Under the pieces are notes generated by a model. That model worked only from the letters and a program-made list of their open reading frames with translations. It did no database searches and was not told where the DNA came from. From positions 5,920,001 through 5,984,000 of the forward strand of contig OZ250169.1 of the NCBI GenBank assembly GCA_965237955.1: a stretch of 64,000 nt of DNA, written 5' to 3'. The DNA comes from Candidatus Marinacidobacterales bacterium (GTDB taxonomy: Bacteria; Acidobacteriota; Vicinamibacteria; Marinacidobacterales; SMYC01). Shown here in pieces: positions 10,963 to 20,859 of this stretch. How positions within the stretch are numbered: position 1 is the first letter of the stretch; each line of letters starts with the position of its first letter. A program made the position numbers and the translations under genes.

Positions 10963-12752
10963 GCGTGAGCGTTCCGTCCTCGTCGACCTCGGGCGGCAAA
11001 GGCTCTCCCAAGCCCGGCGTCTTGCATGGGATCGGCGTTGCGCCCGGTGTCGTCATCGCGCGCGCTCTCGTTTTCCAACATCAGGAGATTCCGTTCTTCC
11101 GCGTTCCGTTGCTGCGGCAAGAAGTGAAGCTCGAGGTTGCGCGTGTCGAGCAAGGCAAGGAGTTGACCCGAAAACAGCTCGGCGCTATCAAAGCGCGCAC
11201 CGTCGATGCCCTCGGCGAAGACCACGGTTACATCTTCGATGCCCAGATTTTGATGCTCGAAGACCCGCTCCTCATTGGTCGTATCGAAGAGATCATCCGA
11301 GAGCAACGCGTGAACGCAGAGTGGGCTGTCAAAATCACACTCGAAGAGCTGGCTTCGGTGTTCGATCGGGTTCGCGACGACTACTTTCGCGCGCGGCGCG
11401 GTGACATTTTCGACGTCGCCGATCGACTCGTGCGCAACATCGCAGGTGCGCCTCATCACACGCTAGAGAAATTGGAGAAGGACTACATTCTCCTCGCAGA
11501 AAACGTCCGCCCGTCGGACACCGCTCAGCTCGACTGGGAACACACCGCGGGGCTCGCAATGGAGGTCGGGAGCCGCACCTACCACACCGCTATCATTGCG
11601 CGCTCGCTCGGCATCCCGTGCGTCGTCGGTGTGAGCGACCTGATGCAAAAAGTCGACCACGGCGCGCCACTCGTGCTCGATGGTAGCGAGGGCATCATCG
11701 TTGTCAACCCGGACCGCGCGACCCTCAGGGAGTATCGCGCCAAAAAGAGGCGGCAGAAGGTCCGAGGACAGAAACTCGAACACCTCCGCGAGCTTCCGGC
11801 GGAGACCAAAGACGGTTTTCGTTTACTCGTCCAAGCGAATATCGAGTTCCCCGAAGAGTGCACGACCGCGAAGAAAAGTGGCTCGGAAGGGATCGGCCTG
11901 TTCCGCTCAGAGTGGTTTCTGACGCGGAGCGGAGGCGCATTCCCGAGCGAAGAGGAGCAATACCTCGTGTACCGTAGGATCGCCGAGGAAATGAAGCCGT
12001 GGTCGGTGGTCGTGCGGGCTTTCGACCTCTCCGCCGAACAGTTGGGGGACGATGTCGGCGAGTCGGAATCGAACCCCGCGTTGGGGCTTCGGGCGATTCG
12101 CCTTTTATTGAAACACCGCGACTTGTTCAAAGAGCAGCTCCGTGCCTTGCTGCGGGCGCGCGCGCATGGCAATGTGAAAGTCATGTTCCCGATGATTAGC
12201 GGCGTCGGGGAATTTCGCGACGCGCTCGAGGCCGTCGACGAGGCGAAGCACGAGCTTCGCCGTGATGGGCTCGAGTTCGGCGAAGATCTGCCGTGTGGCA
12301 TCACGCTCGAAGTTCCGTCCGCGGCGGCAACGGCCGACCTCCTCGCGAAGGAGGCCGCGTTTTTCAGTATCGGCACCAACGACCTCATCCAATACCTGAT
12401 TGGCGTGGACAGAGGCAACGACCAGGTGTCGTACTTGTACGAGCCTCTGCACCCGGCCGTGCTCAGAACCCTGCGTTTCGTCATCGACTCGGCGCACCAC
12501 GCGGGCATCAAAGTGGGAATGTGTGGCGAGATGGCGGCGGATCCACTGCTCGTGGCGCTTCTTGTCGGCTTCGGCCTCGATGAGCTATCGATGAACGCGG
12601 TCTCGATCCCAACGGTGAAAAACATCATCCGTCACCTCTCGGCGAGCGAAGCCCGCGCGATCGGTCAACGGGCGCTGGAGCTCGCAACCATCAAGGAAGT
12701 GTCCGCCTTCCTCGGCGAGGAGTTGCGCAAACTGGTGCCCTCTGAGCGATAG
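10959..12752 (+). CDS. ptsI: PEP-protein phosphotransferase (enzyme I)
   Basis: HTAIIARSLGIP, GIGLFRSE, NPALGLRAIR, FSIGTNDLIQY, MCGEMA. Confidence 0.96.
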   Translation: MSVSVPSSSTSGGKGSPKPGVLHGIGVAPGVVIARALVFQHQEIPFFRVPLLRQEVKLEVARVEQGKELTRKQLGAIKARTVDALGEDHGYIFDAQILMLEDPLLIGRIEEIIREQRVNAEWAVKITLEELASVFDRVRDDYFRARRGDIFDVADRLVRNIAGAPHHTLEKLEKDYILLAENVRPSDTAQLDWEHTAGLAMEVGSRTYHTAIIARSLGIPCVVGVSDLMQKVDHGAPLVLDGSEGIIVVNPDRATLREYRAKKRRQKVRGQKLEHLRELPAETKDGFRLLVQANIEFPEECTTAKKSGSEGIGLFRSEWFLTRSGGAFPSEEEQYLVYRRIAEEMKPWSVVVRAFDLSAEQLGDDVGESESNPALGLRAIRLLLKHRDLFKEQLRALLRARAHGNVKVMFPMISGVGEFRDALEAVDEAKHELRRDGLEFGEDLPCGITLEVPSAAATADLLAKEAAFFSIGTNDLIQYLIGVDRGNDQVSYLYEPLHPAVLRTLRFVIDSAHHAGIKVGMCGEMAADPLLVALLVGFGLDELSMNAVSIPTVKNIIRHLSASEARAIGQRALELATIKEVSAFLGEELRKLVPSER

Positions 12753-12795
12753 TTCCGGGCGAAGGGTGTCGGCGAGGTGTTCTGACGAGGACGCG

Positions 12796-13984
12796 CTAGT
12801 CCCATGGAACAGAAAAAGCTAGACAACACCGGCCCTTCTGTGATCTGCTAAATGCATGAAACACAAGGGCCGGCGAAAAGCCGAATTGAAGCTGTCGTCT
12901 CAAGAAAGCGAAGCGCTGACGCGACTGGCGCGACGCAGCCGTAGTTCGCCGCACCAAGCCTTCCGAGCGAAGATCGTGCTGGATTGCGCGGCGGGTCTGA
13001 CGAATATGGAAGTTGCTAGGAAGATGCACACCATGAGGAGCACGGTGGGCAAGTGGCGAAGACGCTTTGTAGAACAACGAATGGAAGGGTTGTACGACGA
13101 ACCTCGGCCGGGAGCGGCTCGCAAAATCGGCGATGACCAGATCGAGGAAGTCGTGACCAAGACGCTGGAGACGACTCCAAAGGGGAGAACCCATTGGAGT
13201 ACGCGCTCGATGGCCAAGCATCTTGGGCTGAGTCATTCGACGATTGGACGTATTTGGCGAACGTTCGGGCTTCAACCGCACCGCTCGGAATCGTTTCGTC
13301 TCTCGCAAGACCCACAACTGGTCGAAAAAGTACGCGACGTTGTTGGCCTGTATATGAACCCACCGGATAACGCGGTCGTCCTGTGCGTCGACGAGAAATC
13401 GCAGATTCAAGCGCTCGAGCGTGCTCAACCTGTCCTGCCCATGAGCTTGGGCCAGCCCGAGCGACAAACCCACGACTACATTCGGCATGGAACGACTGAC
13501 CTGTTTGCCGCACTCGACGCCGCAACAGGTGAAGTCTTCGGAAAGTGCTACGCGCGACATCGAGCGCTAGAGTTCAAGAAGTTCCTCGCTGAGATCGAAG
13601 CAGCCGTTCCCAGCGAGTTGGACATCCACGTCGTGCTCGACAATCTCGCCACGCACAAGACACCGGCGATCAAACGCTGGCTTTCCAAGCGACCTCGGTT
13701 CCACTTTCACTTCACACCGACACACGCCTCTTGGCTCAACTTCGCTGAGCGCTTCTTTGGCTTGCTCACCGAACACGCCTTGCGACGAGGCTCGCACACG
13801 AGCGTGCCTCAGCTCCGCGTTGCGATACAAGACTATCTCGATGCTCACAACGAGAACCCAAAGCCGTTCAAGTGGACGAAATCCGCCGACCAAATCCTCG
13901 AAACCATCGCTCGGTTCGCCCAGCGAACGCTCGATACACATGGCAAATCGAATTTGGACAGTAATTAAAGATCCAGGGGACTAG
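12796..13984 (+). mobile_element. IS630-family element, copy 2 (transposase 12856-13968)
   Basis: Same ends, CTAG flanks and 370-aa transposase as copy 1. Confidence 0.95.
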
Positions 13985-13997
13985 GTAACGTACGACG

Positions 13998-14807
13998 ATG
14001 AAATCTATTTTGATAGCGGCTCTACTGCTCGGGGCCGTACCGAAGACTCTCGAGCCGCAGACTCTGGAGCTCGATCGCGACCGGCTCGAGCGCAACGAGG
14101 ACCTTTCCGAATCGCTCGCGAATCAACTGTTGGCGATGTCGGTCGCGGTGCGGCGCCAAGATCTGACCGAGGTCGCATCGAGCTTCCCTGCCACCGACCC
14201 ATTGGAAGCAACTCCGTTTCCGGAGCAGCCCGGACCCGACGCGCTCGTCGTGAAGTGGATCGAGCGCCACGAGTGGAATCTCGATACGGAGGCGAGTACG
14301 ATGCCGGCTTCCGAGCTCTTGAGCAGTCTCGAAGCGTTTCTCGGTCATTTCGAGAGCATCGATGACGTCCGCTTCAAGGTCAAGAACGCCGAGTTCGAGC
14401 CGAAGGAACCAGCCACTGGAAGGGCCAAGATCTTCTTCGTTCTTGTTGGGCGAAATCACGACGGCGAGCGCGAGTGGGTCCGTGGATGGAGCGACGTGCG
14501 TGCCACGCAACGACCCGACGAGACGTGGCGCATCGACTACTGGCGGTGGAGCGAGCTCGACTCGATGATGTCGACGCGCGATCTCTTCTCCGAGATCACC
14601 GAGCCCCTCGGAATGTGGGAAGACGTGCCACGGTTCGGCGATCCTCCGAACGATGGTTTCGTGGCGCATGGGGCCGCTGTTGCCGACGTCGATCTCGATG
14701 GACGGCTCGACGTGTTCACGAGCGGGGTAATGGCAAACCGGTTGTTCCTCAATCGCGGCGGCGGCAAACCGTTCGAAGATGTTTCCGAGGAGACGCTCGT
14801 TTTCTTG
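13998..14807 (+). pseudogene. 5' part of a secreted FG-GAP/ASPIC-UnbV (CRTAC1-like)-TlpA protein, interrupted by IS1595
   Basis: Signal peptide MKSILIAALLLGA; FG-GAP repeat AVADVDLDGRLDVF; joins 22033 in frame once the IS and one 8-bp DR are removed (EETLVFL|TRRGTGTIFLDYDNDGD). Confidence 0.88.
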
Positions 14808-14877
14808 GGGAATTATATACTATACTACACGCCAGTCCGCCGGACCTGTGCTACGATTGGTACAGGGTACAGCTTTA

Positions 14878-15180
14878 ATGACGGACGATCAAAAAGGACA
14901 GGAAATCGGGAGCCGCACGATTCGGCTAAGTTCCATACGAAGCGAACTGACTGTCGCTCGCAACGAACGAGATACGGCACTTGGCCGCCTTCGTCGCGCC
15001 GGGGAACAGGCCGACGACTACTTGAAAAGACATGCGAATGATTGCGAATGGCCCACGCCTTCGGAGATTAGATCTCTAATCTCTCGTGTGATCAAGTTGG
15101 ACCAAGAAGCACACAAGATCATTTCCGAACTGCGAGGACTAGGCGCTGACGCCGACCTGTTCAAGATGAATGGCGACTAG
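14878..15180 (+). CDS. Hypothetical helical/coiled-coil protein (IS1595 passenger)
   Basis: 100-aa ORF from ATG 14878, converging on the 65-aa ORF; no recognised motif. Confidence 0.5.
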   Translation: MTDDQKGQEIGSRTIRLSSIRSELTVARNERDTALGRLRRAGEQADDYLKRHANDCEWPTPSEIRSLISRVIKLDQEAHKIISELRGLGADADLFKMNGD

Positions 15181-15374
15181 CTTTTCGTCCTAGTCGGCTT
15201 CTTCAAATACCGCCACCCGCCTGGTGGAACCCTCGGACTTGTCAGCACCGCTCTGGCGATATTCTCCGGGGTGTCTGGGATCAGGTCCGGCATCGGCTTC
15301 GCAGGACGGCCACGCCCTCGCTTTGCCTTCGGTTCCTTCTCCTTCGTGGTCGCTCCTTTTTCCACTTCTTTCAT
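15177..15374 (-). CDS. Small basic protein with AT-hook-like RGRGRP motif (IS1595 passenger)
   Basis: 65 aa, KRGRGRPAK and PDTPENIARAVL; starts immediately after the stop of the 15376 ORF. Confidence 0.6.
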   Translation of the reverse strand: MKEVEKGATTKEKEPKAKRGRGRPAKPMPDLIPDTPENIARAVLTSPRVPPGGWRYLKKPTRTKS

Positions 15375-15375
15375 G

Positions 15376-17022
15376 TCATTGAACCAGAAGTGCCCTCGCT
15401 ATACCAATGACAGCTGTCTTTGCTTCCGATTGTGACATCCCAGTTTCTTGCCGCGCAACCAGATAGGCGGACCACCATTCGGAGCACTTCATTGTGTCCA
15501 ACCCAAGAGCCGACACCTGGCTTGTAATCGAGAACAGATTGTTAGAAAGCGCTAAGAGCCCTTCTTCTGACCCGAGCCCGGCCTTTTTCATATCATTCCA
15601 AGAGAAGACCAGCATATCGGATGCCTTCATTGGAGTTCCGATATCGTTGCACATACGTACGAACCGTGGAACTAGAAACTCAAATCGGGTTCGCGTGGTT
15701 ACTGATTCACTTCTTTGCGGTTGCGCAAGTGTCGTCAACATCTCCGGAACGCTTCGCTTTTGGCTTGCATCAGATACAGCTGAAGACCCTAGCCCCCTGG
15801 ATCTTTAATTACTGTCCAAATTCGATTTGCCATGTGTATCGAGCGTTCGCTGGGCGAACCGAGCGATGGTTTCGAGGATTTGGTCGGCGGATTTCGTCCA
15901 CTTGAACGGCTTTGGGTTCTCGTTGTGAGCATCGAGATAGTCTTGTATCGCAACGCGGAGCTGAGGCACGCTCGTGTGCGAGCCTCGTCGCAAGGCGTGT
16001 TCGGTGAGCAAGCCAAAGAAGCGCTCAGCGAAGTTGAGCCAAGAGGCGTGTGTCGGTGTGAAGTGAAAGTGGAACCGAGGTCGCTTGGAAAGCCAGCATT
16101 TGATCGCCGGTGTCTTGTGCGTGGCGAGATTGTCGAGCACGACGTGGATGTCCAACTCGCTGGGAACGGCTGCTTCGATCTCAGCGAGGAACTTCTTGAA
16201 CTCTAGCGCTCGATGTCGCGCGTAGCACTTTCCGAAGACTTCACCTGTTGCGGCGTCGAGTGCGGCAAACAGGTCAGTCGTTCCATGCCGAATGTAGTCG
16301 TGGGTTTGTCGCTCGGGCTGGCCCAAGCTCATGGGCAGGACAGGTTGAGCACGCTCGAGCGCTTGAATCTGCGATTTCTCGTCGACGCACAGGACGACCG
16401 CGTTATCCGGTGGGTTCATATACAGGCCAACAACGTCGCGTACTTTTTCGACCAGTTGTGGGTCTTGCGAGAGACGAAACGATTCCGAGCGGTGCGGTTG
16501 AAGCCCGAACGTTCGCCAAATACGTCCAATCGTCGAATGACTCAGCCCAAGATGCTTGGCCATCGAGCGCGTACTCCAATGGGTTCTCCCCTTTGGAGTC
16601 GTCTCCAGCGTCTTGGTCACGACTTCCTCGATCTGGTCATCGCCGATTTTGCGAGCCGCTCCCGGCCGAGGTTCGTCGTACAACCCTTCCATTCGTTGTT
16701 CTACAAAGCGTCTTCGCCACTTGCCCACCGTGCTCCTCATGGTGTGCATCTTCCTAGCAACTTCCATATTCGTCAGACCCGCCGCGCAATCCAGCACGAT
16801 CTTCGCTCGGAAGGCTTGGTGCGGCGAACTACGGCTGCGTCGCGCCAGTCGCGTCAGCGCTTCGCTTTCTTGAGACGACAGCTTCAATTCGGCTTTTCGC
16901 CGGCCCTTGTGTTTCATGCATTTAGCAGATCACAGAAGGGCCGGTGTTGTCTAGCTTTTTCTGTTCCATGGGACTAGTCCAACTGTAACAAGAATCACAA
17001 AAGACAGTATCGGTCGGAACAT
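15376..17022 (-). pseudogene. Secreted hypothetical protein (~153 aa, IS1595 passenger) interrupted by IS630 copy 3
   Basis: Removing the IS630 restores MFRPILSFVILVTVGLGSSAVSDASQKRSVPEMLTTLAQ... (signal peptide, GAAAGG upstream). Confidence 0.75.
15789..16977 (-). mobile_element. IS630-family element, copy 3 (transposase 15805-16917)
   Basis: Reverse copy with CTAG flanks; one aa change (IKCW vs IKRW) and one terminal base change. Confidence 0.95.
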
Positions 17023-17400
17023 TGGGATGTTTGGCCTTTCCCCCACCCTGGCGGGCACCATCGATTAGGTGCCGTCGGGCCGGTTGCCAGGACGACCGGC
17101 GTTTGGCATGCGCAGAGTACACGCAACTTGCGCGCGCGTGTCCAGATAATTCTAGGGCATCAGCGGATTTCCAGCAGGACCTGGAAATGCAGTAGAATAG
17201 AGCCTGAAAAAGGAAACGCCCCTCGTTGGACGTCGCATGGTCTTTTCTTCCGTTACTCGTTCTTCAAGAACGGCAGACAAGTAGAGCAATGGCTTTGTTT
17301 CTGGGCTTTCTGCGCATTCCTGAGCCGGTCTAGCACCTTAGAATATTGCGGGGTGTCGTTGTACAACCAGAATCCAAATAGACGTAAGGAGAACAAAATC

Positions 17401-17703
17401 ATGGGTATTTTGAGTCAGTGGTGGATGCTGGCTGAAGCGATTGTGCGCTACGAGCGAGACGACCCTGGCGCTTACGAACTTGGCGATTCGAACAAATACA
17501 CCGTCTATGTTGGAAGCTCTGGTAAGGTTAAGAACCGTTTAGGCGATCACATTGATGCTCCAACGGATAGCTGTATCGGAAGCAAGGCGCGTTACTACCG
17601 CGTCGAGTACTGCTCTAACTACGAGCAGCGGGAGAGGGAGCTATACGATGAGCACGTTAGGTCGTATGGACAACCACCAGAATGCAACGCTGTCAGGCCA
17701 TGA
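17401..17703 (+). CDS. Small GIY-YIG-superfamily nuclease-like protein (IS1595 passenger)
   Basis: PGAYEL...VYVGSS...KNRLGDH...EREL...PECN pattern; AAGGAG SD before ATG 17401. Confidence 0.7.
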   Translation: MGILSQWWMLAEAIVRYERDDPGAYELGDSNKYTVYVGSSGKVKNRLGDHIDAPTDSCIGSKARYYRVEYCSNYEQRERELYDEHVRSYGQPPECNAVRP

Positions 17704-17941
17704 TCGGGTCGTCGGCCTTGCAGACGTCGCGGGCACTCTCGACCGACTCTCGTATCTTCCCCGCATCTTCGCTGCGCCCTACGCCCCGGCCCCAGCCGTC
17801 GTAATAGCCATCCGGCGTGAAATAGTGGTCGAGGTTTGGGTCCTGGATTTGGTTGAGCAAGCTTCCATTGACGCAGATCATATTCCCGCTGAGCGTCAGA
17901 GTCTCGACGCTGCCGTCTTCCCGTAGAACCTTCACCTTCAT
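17693..17941 (-). CDS. Hypothetical protein (IS1595 passenger)
   Basis: 82-aa ORF with GGAGG upstream, co-oriented with and downstream of the transposase. Confidence 0.55.
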   Translation of the reverse strand: MKVKVLREDGSVETLTLSGNMICVNGSLLNQIQDPNLDHYFTPDGYYDGWGRGVGRSEDAGKIRESVESARDVCKADDPIMA

Positions 17942-18337
17942 GGACTGAGCCCTCCGATTTAAGGTACACTTAACCTGAAGGCTCGAGTGGGATAGGTCGG
18001 GAAACTTGGCCCGCGAGCTTTTGCTGCCTACTTCTATTTTGCAGCTACCACTTTAGCTGTGAGATCCTTGTAGCGCAAGCGCTTCCCGTCCATGCCTCGA
18101 ACCATCGCGGCCATCTGGTCGATGGTGTCGGCGGTTCGGACATTGTGGCGGCCGGAGAACTCGTCCACGTAGCGGTGAAGGTGCTTCGGGCTCATTCGGT
18201 GGTAGGTGCCGTAGTAGCCGCGCTTGAGCATGGCCCAAAAGCTCTCGATGCCGTTCGTGTGCGCCATGCCGTTCACGTACTCGCTCACGGAGTGGCGGAC
18301 CGTCTCGTGGTTCGGCAGGCCCGCGTAGCCTGCGTAT

Positions 18338-18490
18338 TCCGGGGCATCGTGAACGCAGATTCCAGCCGAAGGTGAACATCCATTCCAAAGCACCGTGAAC
18401 ACGGATTCCGGGGATCGTGAACATCGATTCCGGGGAAGGTGAACACGGATTCCAGGCAACGTGAACGCCGGTTCCGGCATCGCGAACGCT
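18338..18490 (+). repeat. Tandem ~22-bp subterminal repeats of IS21 (transposase-binding sites)
   Basis: About seven units of the form TTCC-N-GTGAAC; inverted copies near 21205-21270. Confidence 0.85.
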
Positions 18491-18550
18491 CATCGATAGC
18501 ACGTTTCAAGGCAACTCTAGGTCGTACCCGGAAGGAGGACGATCTAGGAA

Positions 18551-20107
18551 ATGGCAGCTAAGAGGTTATCGATGAGAAAAACACGAGAGGTTCTAAGGTT
18601 AAAGTACGAGCTGGGTTTTACTCACCGCATGATCGCAAAGGCACTTCGCGTGGCGGTTGGAACGGTGAGTGAGTACCTGGCCAAGGCGAAGAAGGGTGGT
18701 CTGAGCTGGCCGCTCCCGGAGGAGCTGAGCGACGGGGAGCTGGAGGCAGGGCTGTTTCCGCCGCCGGGCTCGTCTGGCGCACGGCCGGGTCTGGACTATG
18801 CCCACATCCACGAGGAGCTGAGGCGTCACCGAGAGCTGACGTTGCTGCAGCTGTGGGTGGAGTACGCGGAGAATAAGCCGGGAGCGTACGGCTACAGCCG
18901 TTATTGCGAGCTGTACGGTCAGTGGAAGAAGAAGCTGAACCCGACGATGCGTCAACGGCATCGAGCAGGCGAGAAGACATTCGTCGATTTTTCGGGGAAG
19001 AAGCCTCACATCGTCGATCCGAAAACGGGAGAGCTCGTCGAAATGGAGCTGTTCGTCGGGACGTTGGGCGCGAGCAGTTACACCTACGTCGAAGCGACAC
19101 TGAACCAGTCGCTGGAATCGTGGGCGAAGGCCCATAAGGGGATGTCGGATTACTTCGGTGGCAGTACGGAGATCTGGGTTCCGGACAACTTGAAGAGCGG
19201 CGTGGATTTGGTGGACCGTTACGAGCCAGGGATCAACCGGACGTACGAAGAGCTGGCGACGCATTACGGTGCGGTTGTGGTCCCGGCTCGGGTGTTCAAG
19301 CCGAAAGACAAAGCGAAGGTGGAGTCGGCAGTGCAGGTGGCGCAGCGCTGGATCCTGGCGGTGCTTCGTCATCGCACGTTCTTCAGCCTGGCGGAACTGA
19401 ACGAAGCCATCTGGGAGAAGTTAGAGGTCCTGAATGCGCGTCCGATGCAGAAGCTCGGTGTGAGTCGGCGGGAGTTGTACGAAAGGCTAGACCGGCCCGT
19501 ACTGAAACCGCTACCGCAGGAGAGCTACGAGTTATCGACGTGGAAGCGGTGCAGAGTGAACATCGACTACCACGTGGAGGTGGAGAACAACTTGTACAGC
19601 GTTCCCTATCAGCTCATTCACGAGAAAGTCGAGGCACGGGTGACGGCCTCGGTGGTGGAGGTCCTGTTCAAGGGAAAGCGCGTCGCGTCGCATCCCCGCA
19701 AGAAAGGAAAGGGGCACTACTCCACGAACCCGGAGCATATGCCACGTTCGCATCGGGAGCACCTGGAGTGGACGCCGTCGCGGCTGCTCCACTGGGCGGA
19801 GCAGTCAGGTCGCGCCACGGGAAGGCTGGTTGCGGGGATTCTAGAGAGTCGGCCTCACCCGGAGCAGGGATTTCGCTCTTGCCTGGGAGTCATGCGACTA
19901 GGCAGCCGCTGGGGCAGTGAGCGTCTCGAGGCCGCTTGCGCACGAGCGGAAGCTTTGAGCTCTTACAGCTATCGCACGGTGAAAAACATTCTCTCGGCTG
20001 GTCTGGATCGTGTGGTGCTCGAATCGGACGCCGAAGCGAAACCGCGAGAGGAGCACGAGAACATCCGAGGCGCGGATCACTACGAAGGAGGAGAGTCCCG
20101 ATGCTGA
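18551..20107 (+). CDS. istA: IS21 transposase IstA
   Basis: RQRHRAGEKTFVDF, VPDNLKSGV, KPKDKAKVE, NIDYHVEV. Confidence 0.95.
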   Translation: MAAKRLSMRKTREVLRLKYELGFTHRMIAKALRVAVGTVSEYLAKAKKGGLSWPLPEELSDGELEAGLFPPPGSSGARPGLDYAHIHEELRRHRELTLLQLWVEYAENKPGAYGYSRYCELYGQWKKKLNPTMRQRHRAGEKTFVDFSGKKPHIVDPKTGELVEMELFVGTLGASSYTYVEATLNQSLESWAKAHKGMSDYFGGSTEIWVPDNLKSGVDLVDRYEPGINRTYEELATHYGAVVVPARVFKPKDKAKVESAVQVAQRWILAVLRHRTFFSLAELNEAIWEKLEVLNARPMQKLGVSRRELYERLDRPVLKPLPQESYELSTWKRCRVNIDYHVEVENNLYSVPYQLIHEKVEARVTASVVEVLFKGKRVASHPRKKGKGHYSTNPEHMPRSHREHLEWTPSRLLHWAEQSGRATGRLVAGILESRPHPEQGFRSCLGVMRLGSRWGSERLEAACARAEALSSYSYRTVKNILSAGLDRVVLESDAEAKPREEHENIRGADHYEGGESRC

Positions 20108-20859
20108 CACCCGAAACGATAGAAAAGATGAACGCCATGAAGTTGTTCGGCTTGGTGTCCGCGTTCGAAACCCAGTTGAGCTCGAGCGAATACAAGGAGC
20201 TGAGCTTCGAGGAACGTGTGGGACTCCTGGTCGATGCCGAGTGGACCGCCCGCGAACAGCGTAAGCTTTCTCGACGACTGCGAGCGGCAAAGCTCCGCTA
20301 TCCGGCATGTTTGGAGAACGTGAACTTCCAAGCGCCTCGAGGCTTAAACCGCGAACAGATCTTGAGCCTGGGCAACTGCCGCTTTGTCGGTGAGCGCCAT
20401 AACCTGCTCATCACCGGCCCGACGGGGATTGGCAAATCGTTCTTGGCTTGCGCCTTCGTGGAGCGGGCCTGTCGTCGCGGCTTCACCGGATGCTACGTGC
20501 GAGCACCGCGCTTGCTCCACGAGCTCGCGGTCGCTCGTGGTGATGGTTCCTACGCCCGGCTTTTGACGAAACTCGCCAAGCTGGACTTACTGGCTATCGA
20601 TGATTGGCTGCTTCACCCGCTGAAAGAATCGGAGAGACGGGATCTAATGGAGGTCATCGAAGACCGCGCCGAGCGTGGCTCCACACTCATCGCGACCCAG
20701 ATTCCGCTCAAGCAGTGGCACGAAGCGATTGGCGACCCAAACCAGGCAGACGCTATCTGCGATCGCATTCTCCACAGCGCGCACCGCATCACTCTCAAAG
20801 GAGCTTCTCTGAGAAAGACCAAGGCTGCGCCAAAGGCATTTGACAACGCCGATGCATGA
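20101..20859 (+). CDS. istB: IS21 helper ATPase IstB
   Basis: GPTGIGKS, LLAIDDW, ADAICDRILH; ATG 20101. Confidence 0.95.
   Translation: MLTPETIEKMNAMKLFGLVSAFETQLSSSEYKELSFEERVGLLVDAEWTAREQRKLSRRLRAAKLRYPACLENVNFQAPRGLNREQILSLGNCRFVGERHNLLITGPTGIGKSFLACAFVERACRRGFTGCYVRAPRLLHELAVARGDGSYARLLTKLAKLDLLAIDDWLLHPLKESERRDLMEVIEDRAERGSTLIATQIPLKQWHEAIGDPNQADAICDRILHSAHRITLKGASLRKTKAAPKAFDNADA

Noticed and set aside
14808-15041. C-terminus of the 347-aa ORF 13998-15041 and N-termini of ORFs 18480(-), 22000 and 35601
   Set aside because: Read-through into or out of IS ends, not native coding sequence
18338-18490. CRISPR-like periodic repeats
   Set aside because: Period is only ~22 bp with no unique spacers and no cas genes; the repeats sit inside the IS21 end and are mirrored at its other end
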